Assembly (NCBI GenBank): GCA_033764015.1
Contig: JANRJK010000036.1
Span: 160,001 to 224,000, forward strand
Direction of reading: 5' to 3'
Length of the DNA: 64,000 nucleotides
Source: Candidatus Sumerlaeia bacterium
Lineage (GTDB): Bacteria; Sumerlaeota; Sumerlaeia; SLMS01; JANRJK01
Within the stretch, counting starts at the first letter, position 1, and each line of letters begins with the position of its first letter. This document shows, piece after piece, positions 1 through 9,452 of this stretch. A program made the position numbers and the translations under genes. The notes below the pieces were generated by a model. The model was not told the origin of the DNA, ran no database searches, and worked only from the letters and a program-made list of their open reading frames with translations.

Positions 1-14
1 TCACTTTCCGTGCC

Positions 15-1802
15 ATGATGCGAAACACCGGGAAACCACCTCGCCGCTCGAAGCCGCTCAGCGACGCCACCCACTATAGGGGGCGGCGGGGCTGGGCGAT
101 GGCGGCCTTGGCGGGGGTTTCGGTGGCGGTGTTTGTTCAACTTTTCAACCTGGCGGTGCGACAGAACAGCGAACTTCGACAGCGCTCTTTGGGCAACCTC
201 GAACTGCGTCGGCGGCTGGATCCGCCCCGTGGCACAATCTACGACCGGGATGGACTGGTTCTCGCCGAGACTCGATTCCGGTATGATGTCTGGCTGGCTC
301 CGGCCCGCTACGGGCGCCGTGGCTGGGCGAGGACCTTGGATCGACTCGAAGTCGATACACAGCGCCTCGGGTTCCTCAAGGACAACTTCCGCGAGGCGGC
401 ATATCGGGCTTCGGAGAACGGGCGCCGGCTGCTGCTCGCGCGGGGGCTCAGTCTGGACGAGGCGCTTCCCCTGCTGCACGGAGGGAAGTCCTACCCGGCC
501 CTTTCGGTGGAGACTGTTCACCAGCGGATTTACCATCTCTCGGAAGGGGCTGCCTTGGCCGTTGGTTACCTCGGGGCAATCCCGGAGGCGCGTGGGGGGG
601 AGTTTCCGGATGAACGGTACGCTCGGGATTCCCGGGTTGGGATCGCCGGGATCGAGGGAATCCACGAGGGCGATCTAGCGGGGTTTCCCGGTGTCGCCAC
701 CGCCCGCCGGGGAGGGGGCACGGAGACGGTGGAAACGGCGAGCGCACAGCCGGGGCGAGATTGTTACCTGACCTTGTCGGGGTTGTGGCAAGAAAAAGCC
801 TACGAAATCTTGAGCGGGCGCCATGGCTCGATAATCGTCCTCGATTGCGACACCGGCGCGATCCGTGTCGCCGCCTCGGCTCCCTCCTTCGATCCCGAGA
901 GGCCCGGGGGCACCGGTGGCGAAGGCGAAACCAGCTTTCTGTTCCGCGCGGCGGCGGGGCTATATCCGCCCGGCTCGACGCTGAAGCCGTTCGCGCTGGC
1001 GGCGATTCTGGAGGCGGGCCTGCATCGGCCCCAGGAAACGATCGAGTGCCGCGGCGAGTTCCGCTTGCCGGGCTGGTCGCGCCCGTTCCACTGCACGGCG
1101 GCGCATGGGGCGGTCACCGCGGAACGGGCATTGAAGGTGAGCTGCAACACTTACTTCTACCGCGCGGGGTCGGAACTCGGGGCGGAGCGGCTGCTTGCTT
1201 CCTACGCCCGGTTCGGCTTCGGCGCGGAGCCGGGCCTTTCCATCCCGCAGCAGAAGGCGGGGCGGCTTCCGGACGCCGGTTCGGTCGCGGCGGGAGAGCT
1301 GGTGAACCTGTCCATCGGGCAGGGCTCCCTGCTCGCGACGCCGCTGCAAGTGGCGCGCGCGTACGCGTCGCTCGCGAACGGCGGCGCGCTGCCGGTGGCG
1401 CATCTGGTGGAGCAGTGGGTGCTGCCCGATGGCTCGGTGCTCGAGCCGTGGCGCTCGGCGAAAGCGACGCGCACCGGGCTTCCGGCGGCGACGCGCGCCG
1501 TGCTGATCGCGGGCATGGGGCGGGCGGCGAACGAGAGCGGCGGCACGGCGTCCCGCGCGGGCTTCGATCCGGAGTGGGAAGTCTGCGGCAAGACCGGCAC
1601 CGCGGAGAACGCCCGCAACGGGGTCGATGCGTGGTTCGCCGGCTTCTATCCCGAGAGCGCGCCGCGGCATGTGGTCGTGGTGCACATCGAGGACGCGGAG
1701 GGGCACGGCGGCGACATCGCCGCGCCGCTCGCCGCGGAGCTGATCGCCTTCATGGAGCGGCCGGACGCGGAGGCGCCGGACCTTGCGGAAGCAGCCCCTT
1801 GA
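15..1802 (+). CDS. mrdA: Class B penicillin-binding protein (PBP2/MrdA-like transpeptidase)
   Basis: N-terminal TM helix; PPRGTIYDRDG dimerisation motif; intact SxxK (PGSTLK), SxN (VSCN) and KTG (KTGTAE) motifs. Confidence 0.85.
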   Translation: MMRNTGKPPRRSKPLSDATHYRGRRGWAMAALAGVSVAVFVQLFNLAVRQNSELRQRSLGNLELRRRLDPPRGTIYDRDGLVLAETRFRYDVWLAPARYGRRGWARTLDRLEVDTQRLGFLKDNFREAAYRASENGRRLLLARGLSLDEALPLLHGGKSYPALSVETVHQRIYHLSEGAALAVGYLGAIPEARGGEFPDERYARDSRVGIAGIEGIHEGDLAGFPGVATARRGGGTETVETASAQPGRDCYLTLSGLWQEKAYEILSGRHGSIIVLDCDTGAIRVAASAPSFDPERPGGTGGEGETSFLFRAAAGLYPPGSTLKPFALAAILEAGLHRPQETIECRGEFRLPGWSRPFHCTAAHGAVTAERALKVSCNTYFYRAGSELGAERLLASYARFGFGAEPGLSIPQQKAGRLPDAGSVAAGELVNLSIGQGSLLATPLQVARAYASLANGGALPVAHLVEQWVLPDGSVLEPWRSAKATRTGLPAATRAVLIAGMGRAANESGGTASRAGFDPEWEVCGKTGTAENARNGVDAWFAGFYPESAPRHVVVVHIEDAEGHGGDIAAPLAAELIAFMERPDAEAPDLAEAAP

Positions 1803-1922
1803 GCCGTTCCCGTTTGACAGTGCCCATGCGGCGTTCCTGACTTAGCATCACCGCTATAGGAGCGCGCGCCCCCGTCGCGCGCTTCCGTCTTTTCTTCGAA
1901 GCGCGTCTCCGGAGTCGCCGCC

Positions 1923-4900
1923 ATGTCGCAGAACACTTGCCGCGAGTGTGGGAAGAGCTGGGCCGCAACCCTCGCGGGCCAAGAGCCCAGCGCGCTGTGC
2001 CCGCGTTGCAACCGCCCGGTGCCCCGCTCCATCGCCGAGGCGAACGCCGACGACGACCTCCACGAGCAGCAGACGATCATCACCGGCGGCATGGGAAACC
2101 TGGGCGATCCGGACCTGAGCGAGGAGAAGACGATTCTGCAGGCGCAGATGGAGGCCGCTCCGGAGCCGAAGAGTTCCGGCGACTTCCTGGCGGAGGTGGA
2201 GACCGTGATCCAGGCCTCGCCGGCGAAGGCGCCGCCTCCTCCTCCCCCGCCGCCCCCGGTCCTGAAGGCAGCCTCCGCGCCGCCGCCGCCGCCCGCGCCG
2301 CCGCTGCGCCCCGCCGCCGCCGAGGACCTGCCCACGCAGTACGTCGAGGAGGCCACCGTGCGCGTTTCGACGAAGGGCGCGCTCGACATGCCACCGCCGC
2401 CGTTCGATCCGCCGCGCAAGGCCGCGCCCCCCGCGCCGCCGCCCGCGCCGCCGAAGCCCTTCGCCGGCTTCGCGGACGAGACCCAGGACACCCGCGTCGC
2501 GCCCTCTCCCGTGGCGGCGCGGGCGCCGGAGCGCAGTCCCGAGTCGGGCCAGCGCATCGCGGACGAGACGGAGATGACGATGCCGGTGCCGGAGCGCACC
2601 GGCGCGACGCAGCCCACCGCGCCGACGCACCAGTTGCCCGGCGCCGTGGCCGTGACCGCGGTCGCGGCGGCGACGGGCGTCGCCAAGTCGATGCCGCTGC
2701 CCCCCATGGGCAGCAGCGACTCGGTCCCGATGGAATCGGAGTCGCCCACGATGCCGACGCCCGCGGCGCAGGGGCAGCGGCGGTCGACCACGGACAGCGC
2801 CAAAGCCGCGCCCGGGAAGATGGACCTGACGGGCGAGACGATCTCGGGCTACCGGATCACGAAGAAGCTCGGCGCCGGCGGCATGGGCGCGGTGTTCCTG
2901 GCGCGGCAGCTTTCGCTCGACCGCGACGTGGCGATCAAGGTGCTCCCCTCGCAGATGGCGGAGAACCCGGAGCTGATGGCGCGCTTCACCCGCGAGGCGC
3001 TCAGCGCCGCGCAGCTCGCGCACCACAACATCATCCAGGTGTTCGACGTCGGCTGCGACGGCGGCGTGCACTTCATCGCGATGGAGTTCGTGCGCGGCAA
3101 GAGCCTCCGCGACTTGATCAAGAACGACGGGAAGCTGAACTTCGACGACGCGGCGGCCTATGTGCTGCAGGCGGCGCGCGGACTCCTGTTCGCCCACCAG
3201 CGCGGCATCATCCACCGCGACATCAAGCCCGACAACCTGATGCTGAGCGACCTCGGGATCGTAAAGGTCGCCGACATGGGTCTGGCGAAGATGACCGGCC
3301 AGGCGGAGGGCGGCGGACCGCGCTTCAGCTTCGAGGACCGCCGACTGATGGAGGCGGCGGGCGACCTCACCATGGCCGACGTCGCCATGGGCACGCCGGC
3401 GTACATGCCGCCCGAGCAGGCTCGCGACGCCTCGACCGCGGACCACCGCGCGGACCAGTACTCGCTCGGGTGCACGCTCTACTACCTCTGCGCGGGCAAG
3501 ACGCCCTACGAAGGCAAGACGGCCTTCGAGCTGATCACGAAGCACCTGAAGGAGCCGCTGCGCCCGCTCGAGACGCTCGTCAACGGCGTGCCGCCGGCGC
3601 TGAGCGCGATCATCAGCCGGATGCTGCAGAAGAATCCGGAGGACCGCTACGCGTCGCTGGACGAAGTGATCCGCGCGCTGGAGGACTACCTCGGCCTGGA
3701 GAGCGATAAGAGCGCCTACCAGCCGCGCGAGCAGCACCTCGCGGCGCTGGACAAGGAGGTGAAGGCGTTCACGGCCGCGGGCGCGGCGCGCAAGCGCGGG
3801 CTGGTGATCGGCGGCTTCTACGGCGCCATGGCGCTGCTGGCGGTGCTCTGCGTGGCGCTGCGCCAGTGGCCGCTCGCGGGGGGCTTCGTCGGCCTGGCCG
3901 TGCTCACGCCGCTCGCCTATTTCATCCTCGACGGCATCCGCTCGAAGACCTTCCTGTTCCGCCGCGTCCGAAACGTGTTCTTCGGCATGACGCCGAAGGG
4001 TTGGGCGGCGACCGTCGGAATCACGCTGCTGACGCTGATCGTGCTCTTCATGATCGACTGGCTGTGGTTTTGGATCGGTTTCGCGCTGCTGGCGGCGGGC
4101 GCGGCGGTGGCCTACGACCGTTCCGTGGTGACGCCGCTGCGGCGCGACCGGAGCGGCCCGGTTCTCCGCACGCAGGAGATGCTCAAGTCGCTCCGCGTCC
4201 GCGGCGCGTCCGAGGAGGCGCTGCAGGACTTCGTCTGCCGCTTCGGCGGCGAGCACTGGGAGGAGTTCTTCGAGGAGCTGTTCGGCTACCCGGACCTGCT
4301 GCGGATGCGCGGCAAGTGGGCCGCCATGGACGACGTGAAGCCGCGGAGGAAGTTCGGCGTCTGGCGCGACCCGGTGGCGCGCTGGTGCGACGCGATCGAG
4401 GAGGCGCGCAAGGTGGCGCGCGAGCGCGCCGCGCTGGAGCGCACGGAGAGGGAGCGCCTCAAGGCCGCCGGCATGACGGAGCAGCAGGCCGCGAAGGAGG
4501 CCGAGGTCGAAGCGACCAAGATCCTCGCGGAGGAAGTGCTCGCGGTGCAGACAAAGGCACCCGTCGCCCCCGGCACCAAGAAGCCGCTCACCGCGGTCCG
4601 CGTCCACAACATCAAGCCGTTCACGATCACCTTCACCAGCGTGTTCCGCTTCGCGAGGCTCGCGCTGGGCGCGCTGCTGGTGTTCGCGTGGATGGCCGCT
4701 TACCGCGAGCAGCTCGGCATCAACATCCCGGAGTTCGCAGCGAGGTGGTCCATGGGCCTGCTGGAGTGGGCGGGCTATGGAGTCTGGTGGTACGGTTCGC
4801 TGGTGGTGGGCCTCGCGTTCATCGCGAGCGCACTGCTCCGCACGGCGTTCCTTCCGGTGATCATCGTGGTCCTCGGGACCACCACGCTGACGACGAAGCT

Positions 4901-5045
4901 ACTGAGCGCGGTGGTGGCGCTCCCCGCGATTCCCGGGTTCGGAGACACGCATCCGGCGGTGGCGCTGTTCCGCATCGGCCTGCTGCTGACGGCGCTGCTC
5001 GGAGCGCGGGCGGTCTGGGTGAAGATCACCGGCAAGGATTGGTAA
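1923..5045 (+). CDS. Membrane Hanks-type Ser/Thr protein kinase with N-terminal Zn-ribbon and Pro-rich linker
   Basis: LGAGGMG, VAIK, HRDIKPDN, DMG and GTPAYMPPEQ kinase motifs; CREC...CPRC at N-terminus; two clusters of TM helices in C-terminal half. Confidence 0.92.
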   Translation: MSQNTCRECGKSWAATLAGQEPSALCPRCNRPVPRSIAEANADDDLHEQQTIITGGMGNLGDPDLSEEKTILQAQMEAAPEPKSSGDFLAEVETVIQASPAKAPPPPPPPPPVLKAASAPPPPPAPPLRPAAAEDLPTQYVEEATVRVSTKGALDMPPPPFDPPRKAAPPAPPPAPPKPFAGFADETQDTRVAPSPVAARAPERSPESGQRIADETEMTMPVPERTGATQPTAPTHQLPGAVAVTAVAAATGVAKSMPLPPMGSSDSVPMESESPTMPTPAAQGQRRSTTDSAKAAPGKMDLTGETISGYRITKKLGAGGMGAVFLARQLSLDRDVAIKVLPSQMAENPELMARFTREALSAAQLAHHNIIQVFDVGCDGGVHFIAMEFVRGKSLRDLIKNDGKLNFDDAAAYVLQAARGLLFAHQRGIIHRDIKPDNLMLSDLGIVKVADMGLAKMTGQAEGGGPRFSFEDRRLMEAAGDLTMADVAMGTPAYMPPEQARDASTADHRADQYSLGCTLYYLCAGKTPYEGKTAFELITKHLKEPLRPLETLVNGVPPALSAIISRMLQKNPEDRYASLDEVIRALEDYLGLESDKSAYQPREQHLAALDKEVKAFTAAGAARKRGLVIGGFYGAMALLAVLCVALRQWPLAGGFVGLAVLTPLAYFILDGIRSKTFLFRRVRNVFFGMTPKGWAATVGITLLTLIVLFMIDWLWFWIGFALLAAGAAVAYDRSVVTPLRRDRSGPVLRTQEMLKSLRVRGASEEALQDFVCRFGGEHWEEFFEELFGYPDLLRMRGKWAAMDDVKPRRKFGVWRDPVARWCDAIEEARKVARERAALERTERERLKAAGMTEQQAAKEAEVEATKILAEEVLAVQTKAPVAPGTKKPLTAVRVHNIKPFTITFTSVFRFARLALGALLVFAWMAAYREQLGINIPEFAARWSMGLLEWAGYGVWWYGSLVVGLAFIASALLRTAFLPVIIVVLGTTTLTTKLLSAVVALPAIPGFGDTHPAVALFRIGLLLTALLGARAVWVKITGKDW

Positions 5046-5051
5046 GGCGCG

Positions 5052-5357
5052 TCATCCCGCGAGGCCGAGCGCGGCGCGCACGGCCTCCGGACCAACCGCA
5101 TCGAGCCGCAGCGTCTTGCGGCGGTCCGTGGCGCCGCGCAGCAGCTCGACGCGCGACAGCGGCAGTCCGAGCGCCTTCGCAACCAAGCGCCGCACCGCGT
5201 CGTTCGCCTTGCCGTCCTCCGGCGGCGCCGCGACAGAGACCTTGAGCCGCCCGTCGTGCACGGCGCCGAAGCCCTCGCGCCGCGCTTTTGGCGTGACGTG
5301 GAGATGCAGCAGCGTCCCGCCCTCGCAGGATTCGACCGGGGCGGCCGGGGCGCTCAC
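5052..5357 (-). CDS. DUF167/YggU family protein
   Basis: LHVTPKA...LKVSVAAPPEDGKAN...ELLRGATDRRK pattern; GTG start overlaps fabD stop (GTGA); this is the C-terminal part of track ORF 5052..6917. Confidence 0.85.
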   Translation of the reverse strand: MSAPAAPVESCEGGTLLHLHVTPKARREGFGAVHDGRLKVSVAAPPEDGKANDAVRRLVAKALGLPLSRVELLRGATDRRKTLRLDAVGPEAVRAALGLAG

Positions 5358-6295
5358 CCCGCGGCGAGCGCCGCCAGCGCCGCATCCATCGCCGCCGCGC
5401 CCTCGGTCGAGTGGCAGACGGCCTCCTTGCGGATCCGCCCGACGAGGCCCTTGAGCACCTTGCCCGCGCCGACCTCGACGAAGGTCGAGAAGCCGGCGGC
5501 GGAAAGCGCCTCGACGGACGCGACCCAGCGCACCGGCGAGACCACTTGGCGCACGAGCGAATCGCGGATCGCCTCCGGATCGGAGAGCGCCTTCGCGTCG
5601 GCGTTGTTGATGAAGAGGCACGCGGGCGGCTGGAGCTTCGCGTCGGCGAGCGCCGCGCGCATGGTCTCCGCGGCGGGCTGGACCAGCGGCGAGTGGAACG
5701 CGCCGCTCACGGGGAGCGGAAGCGCGCGCTTCGCGCCCGCCGCCTTCGCGGCCTCGCAAAGCGCCGCGACGCCCTCCGGCGAACCGCTCACCACGGTCTG
5801 GCCCGGGTCGTTGAAGTTGGCCGCGACCACGACGCCCTTGTCGGAGGCGGCGGCGCACAGCTCCTCGACCTTGGCGCCGTCTAGGCCCAGGATCGCCGCC
5901 ATGGCGCCGGGCGCGTGGGTGCCCGCCTCGGCCATGGCGAGTCCGCGCGCGCGCACCAGGCGCAGGCCCGTCTCGAAGTCGAACACACCGGCCGCATAGA
6001 GCGCGGTGTACTCGCCGAGCGAGTGGCCCGCGACGGCGCCGGGCGCATGGCCCGCGGCGCGGAGCACCTCGAGCGTCGCGGCGCTGGACACATACAACGC
6101 GGGCTGCGTGATCTCCGTCGGCTTCAGCTTGTCTTCCGGGCCCTCGAAGCAAAGCTGCGTCAACGGGAGCCCGAGGATCGCGTCGGCGCGCTCGAACAGC
6201 GCGCGGGCTTGCGGGTTGCGCTCGGCGGCGTCCTTGCCCATACCGGACGCTTGCGAGCCTTGGCCGGGAAACAGAAAGGCGGTCTTGCCGGACAT
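5354..6295 (-). CDS. fabD: Malonyl-CoA:ACP transacylase
   Basis: FPGQGSQ, TQPAL, GHSLGEY (catalytic Ser) and SGAFHS motifs. Confidence 0.96.
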   Translation of the reverse strand: MSGKTAFLFPGQGSQASGMGKDAAERNPQARALFERADAILGLPLTQLCFEGPEDKLKPTEITQPALYVSSAATLEVLRAAGHAPGAVAGHSLGEYTALYAAGVFDFETGLRLVRARGLAMAEAGTHAPGAMAAILGLDGAKVEELCAAASDKGVVVAANFNDPGQTVVSGSPEGVAALCEAAKAAGAKRALPLPVSGAFHSPLVQPAAETMRAALADAKLQPPACLFINNADAKALSDPEAIRDSLVRQVVSPVRWVASVEALSAAGFSTFVEVGAGKVLKGLVGRIRKEAVCHSTEGAAAMDAALAALAAG

Positions 6296-6374
6296 GCGGT
6301 GCTCCTTCGATCAGGTGAACAGCGCATGCTGACAAGCCCCCCGCCCGTGGGCAAGCGCCGCCCGATGGGACACC

Positions 6375-7217
6375 ATGGCTGACGTTTCCATCCTGGTCCT
6401 CACGCTCGACGAAGAGAAGAACCTCCCGGGCTGCCTGCGGTCGGTGGCGTGGGCGGACGACGTCGTGGTGCTCGACTCCGGCAGCACGGACCGGACCGTG
6501 GCCATCGCGGAGCGGGCGGGGGCGCGCGTGTTCCACCGGCGGCTCGACGATTGGGCTACCCATTGCGACTGGGCCTTCCGCGAGCTCCCGTTCCGCCAAG
6601 AATGGGTGTTCATGATCGACGCGGACGAGCGCATGTCGCCGGCTCTGGCGCGCGAGATCGAAGCGTTCGTCCGCCACGCGCCCGCCGACTGCGGCGCGGC
6701 GCGCGTGCGCTTCAAGAACATGTTCCAAGGCCGGTGGATCAAGCACGCCAGCCTGTACCCGAGCTGGATCACGCGGCTGCTTCGGCGCGGGCGGTTCCGC
6801 TACGAGCCGCGGCTGGTGAATGCGCACCCGGTGGTGGAGGGGGCGGTGCACGACCTTCGCGGGCACTTGGTTCACTACAGCTTCAACAAAGGCATCGCCC
6901 ATTGGTTCGACAAGCACAACCGCTACTCGAATTTGGAGGCGGTCGAAACGTTGCGTCAGCGGCGGGCCGGTGGCGTGCGCTGGCGGGACTTGCTCAACAG
7001 CGACCCGATGAAGCGGCGGCGCGTGCTGAAGAATCTATCGATGCACCTGCCCGCGCGCTCGCTGTGGAAGTTCCTCTACATGTACGGCCTGCGGCGGGGA
7101 TTCCTCGATGGAATCCCCGGGCTCAACTACTGCCTGTTGCAGGCGGTTTATGAGTTCATGATAACGTTGAAGGCGGAGGAGATGGGCGGGAAATCTACTG
7201 AAGACGATGTTCCTTAA
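6375..7217 (+). CDS. Glycosyltransferase family 2 (beta-1,4-glucosyltransferase-like)
   Basis: VLDSGSTDRT, IDADE (DxD), HYS...KHNRYS motifs. Confidence 0.9.
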   Translation: MADVSILVLTLDEEKNLPGCLRSVAWADDVVVLDSGSTDRTVAIAERAGARVFHRRLDDWATHCDWAFRELPFRQEWVFMIDADERMSPALAREIEAFVRHAPADCGAARVRFKNMFQGRWIKHASLYPSWITRLLRRGRFRYEPRLVNAHPVVEGAVHDLRGHLVHYSFNKGIAHWFDKHNRYSNLEAVETLRQRRAGGVRWRDLLNSDPMKRRRVLKNLSMHLPARSLWKFLYMYGLRRGFLDGIPGLNYCLLQAVYEFMITLKAEEMGGKSTEDDVP

Positions 7218-9409
7218 TCAGAGTTCGGCATAGTCCTTCGTGATGACTTCAGCTTCATGACCACAAACGCGGGGTGCAGGGCGAGCAGCAGGGCGACGAT
7301 CAGGCATACCAGCGAAATCAACGCATATCGCTTGAAGAACGGTGGATTGTAAAACATTTCAAGATCGCGACCAAACCCGCGTTCATATGGGATCGCCCGC
7401 CCGAATCGGGACTTCGTGTCTGCCGGGGCAATCTCCCCCTCCTCCCCTGACTCGTAGCGGTACCCCCAGCCGGGAATCCATGCCTCGCCCACAAGAATTC
7501 GGCCTTCACCGACCGGCATCAGTTCTGGTAGTTTCAGCTTCACTAGCGCCGGCTGGAACATGACGACATCAACATCGCGAAGGTGAATCAATCCGACCTC
7601 CGAGTCGCGGGGGGCCCAATACACAGGCATCTTTCCTTCAGGCCCCAGCAACAGTTTCCGCACACTCTCCGGATTGGCAAGGGCTGCATCGGTGGAGGAC
7701 AGGCGCATCTGGTTGGTATTCTTGAGGAACTGTTGGTCGCGTGTGATCCAGGATTCATTGTCGGTATACACGGCTTCGCGGTTGTCGATTCTAGGCGTAA
7801 ACGCCGGGAGCGACGTTACATTGGGCCGCTGCGCCTCCATGTTGCGGTACCGTGCCCACACCTTCGCGTTCCCTTCCGGTCCGAAATCGTCAGCTACAGT
7901 AACCCACGCGATCCTCGAAGCACGCTCAAGATCAATCATTGTCAGCAGGAGAATCACAAGCAGGGTCACATTTCGCCACTTCGGAAGCACCGTGGCTGCA
8001 ATCAAGAGCGCCATTGTTATCGAGAGCAATGCCAAGAGCCACACGAAGTCATGGCTGAGGGCGGCATGCAGCGGGGCGCCTTTCGCGAAGAACTGCCGCA
8101 CTGCATAAGAGACTAAGACTAAGATGGGAATGCACACAATTGATGCTTGAAGCCCGTTCTCTTGCAGCCTCGAACAGCAAACGCGCTTCGAGTCCTGTGC
8201 ATTTTCCAAAGTTCCAAACAATTCATGCAGCCATTGACAGCACAGCATAAACAGGAAAAAGAAAGCAAAGCCGCGAAAGTTCGCCGAGGGATGATGAATG
8301 CTGTCGAACAAGGGAAGCTTGGCAATGAGCCAACGTAGATACCCGTAATGCCCCAAGGCCGCCGCGAAGTTCACGGATATCATGATCAGAAGACCAACCT
8401 GCCAGCGCTTAAGTCTACCCGCAAGCACAGCCGGCGCTGTCAGTAAGACCAAGACTCCCAAATAATGATTGTTCATCGCGATGTCACTCACAAAAAAATC
8501 CCGGGCTTCTACAACCGCGCTGGATGGCGAGAGGAGAGAAATTAAAGTCTTTGGATACAATGCCTCCCACAGCATGATTTCCGCATATGTGTACTCGTGC
8601 CCGATTCGATTTGTGTACTGGGCAATCGACAGCGTTGAACCTGCCATCACCCACGCCATTCCTCCTGCAAGCATCAGGGCAACAAGCATTGCCCCGAATG
8701 AACGCATCAACGGCTTCTTCCGAAGGAGACAGTAGCCTATGGACAAAACACCAAGATTGAGGTTCATAATCAAGAATGTCCCGGGATGCCCTGCATGCGA
8801 TGCAGCCCCCATGACAAGCGCATACGCCCCGACACCGCCGATAGTCGGTGAGTCAAGCAGACGGAGTAAGAGCAACAGCAACCAAGGCAATGCCTGATAG
8901 ATCGCCATGATACCAAAGTACTGGTAAGTCGAAAGAAAATGCCCCGAAGTGACGTAAAGGATTCCAAAGAGAGCACAAACCGCCTGCATCCATCCCAAAC
9001 GACGCCCCAAGGCGTAACAACCAAGACCTGCCAGCATCGTCTGGGCAACCATCTGCAATTGCACAACGAAGAAACTGTAGCCAAAGGTGAAGGCGACTCC
9101 GAGCGTTATCGGCGACCACATTTGTGACTGGGGATCGCCGATGATCGGATAGCCAGTACTCATGAACGGAAGCCAAGAGGGAAGCAAACCCGCGCGAAAA
9201 CAATCTGAAATGTATACCAAAATGGGCCAGTGATACCAAGTTGTGTCCCAGTGAAGAAGGTGACGACTATCCGCGCCGGCCAAATCGAAGAGCAAGTTTC
9301 GGTAAATGAAGATGATGTAGGACAGGGTTGCTGCCGCCCAGAAAGGTGTTGAGTGCAAACAACGACCTGCCCAACTTGCTTTTGAAGCGTCAGCCGGAGA
9401 TTCCATCAC
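7214..9409 (-). CDS. Polytopic membrane protein, YfhO/GT-C-like glycosyltransferase
   Basis: Many TM helices; LPSWLPFMSTGYPIIGDPQ resembles the YfhO P-x-W-x-P...G-x-P motif; C-terminal PGW...YNP plus final TM; GC lower than flanks. Confidence 0.65.
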   Translation of the reverse strand: MMESPADASKASWAGRCLHSTPFWAAATLSYIIFIYRNLLFDLAGADSRHLLHWDTTWYHWPILVYISDCFRAGLLPSWLPFMSTGYPIIGDPQSQMWSPITLGVAFTFGYSFFVVQLQMVAQTMLAGLGCYALGRRLGWMQAVCALFGILYVTSGHFLSTYQYFGIMAIYQALPWLLLLLLRLLDSPTIGGVGAYALVMGAASHAGHPGTFLIMNLNLGVLSIGYCLLRKKPLMRSFGAMLVALMLAGGMAWVMAGSTLSIAQYTNRIGHEYTYAEIMLWEALYPKTLISLLSPSSAVVEARDFFVSDIAMNNHYLGVLVLLTAPAVLAGRLKRWQVGLLIMISVNFAAALGHYGYLRWLIAKLPLFDSIHHPSANFRGFAFFFLFMLCCQWLHELFGTLENAQDSKRVCCSRLQENGLQASIVCIPILVLVSYAVRQFFAKGAPLHAALSHDFVWLLALLSITMALLIAATVLPKWRNVTLLVILLLTMIDLERASRIAWVTVADDFGPEGNAKVWARYRNMEAQRPNVTSLPAFTPRIDNREAVYTDNESWITRDQQFLKNTNQMRLSSTDAALANPESVRKLLLGPEGKMPVYWAPRDSEVGLIHLRDVDVVMFQPALVKLKLPELMPVGEGRILVGEAWIPGWGYRYESGEEGEIAPADTKSRFGRAIPYERGFGRDLEMFYNPPFFKRYALISLVCLIVALLLALHPAFVVMKLKSSRRTMPNSD

Positions 9410-9452
9410 TTTTTTCCGTGGTGTGGTCGATTAGTGCCGATGAGTGGACAAA

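Noticed and set aside
1814..1860. TTGACA upstream of the kinase as a promoter
   Set aside because: No acceptable -10 hexamer at 16-18 nt spacing
2230..2460. CCG-rich repeats as a contingency locus
   Set aside because: Imperfect and explained by poly-Pro coding in the kinase linker
1854..4607. 917-aa antisense ORF opposite the kinase (likewise 15105..17879, 29698..32187, 34453..37773 and many others)
   Set aside because: Shadow ORFs expected at high GC; no motifs, and the opposite strand carries clear conserved genes
5052..6917. 621-aa ORF as a single protein
   Set aside because: Only the last 101 codons (DUF167) look real; the rest overlaps fabD and the GT2 gene in other frames
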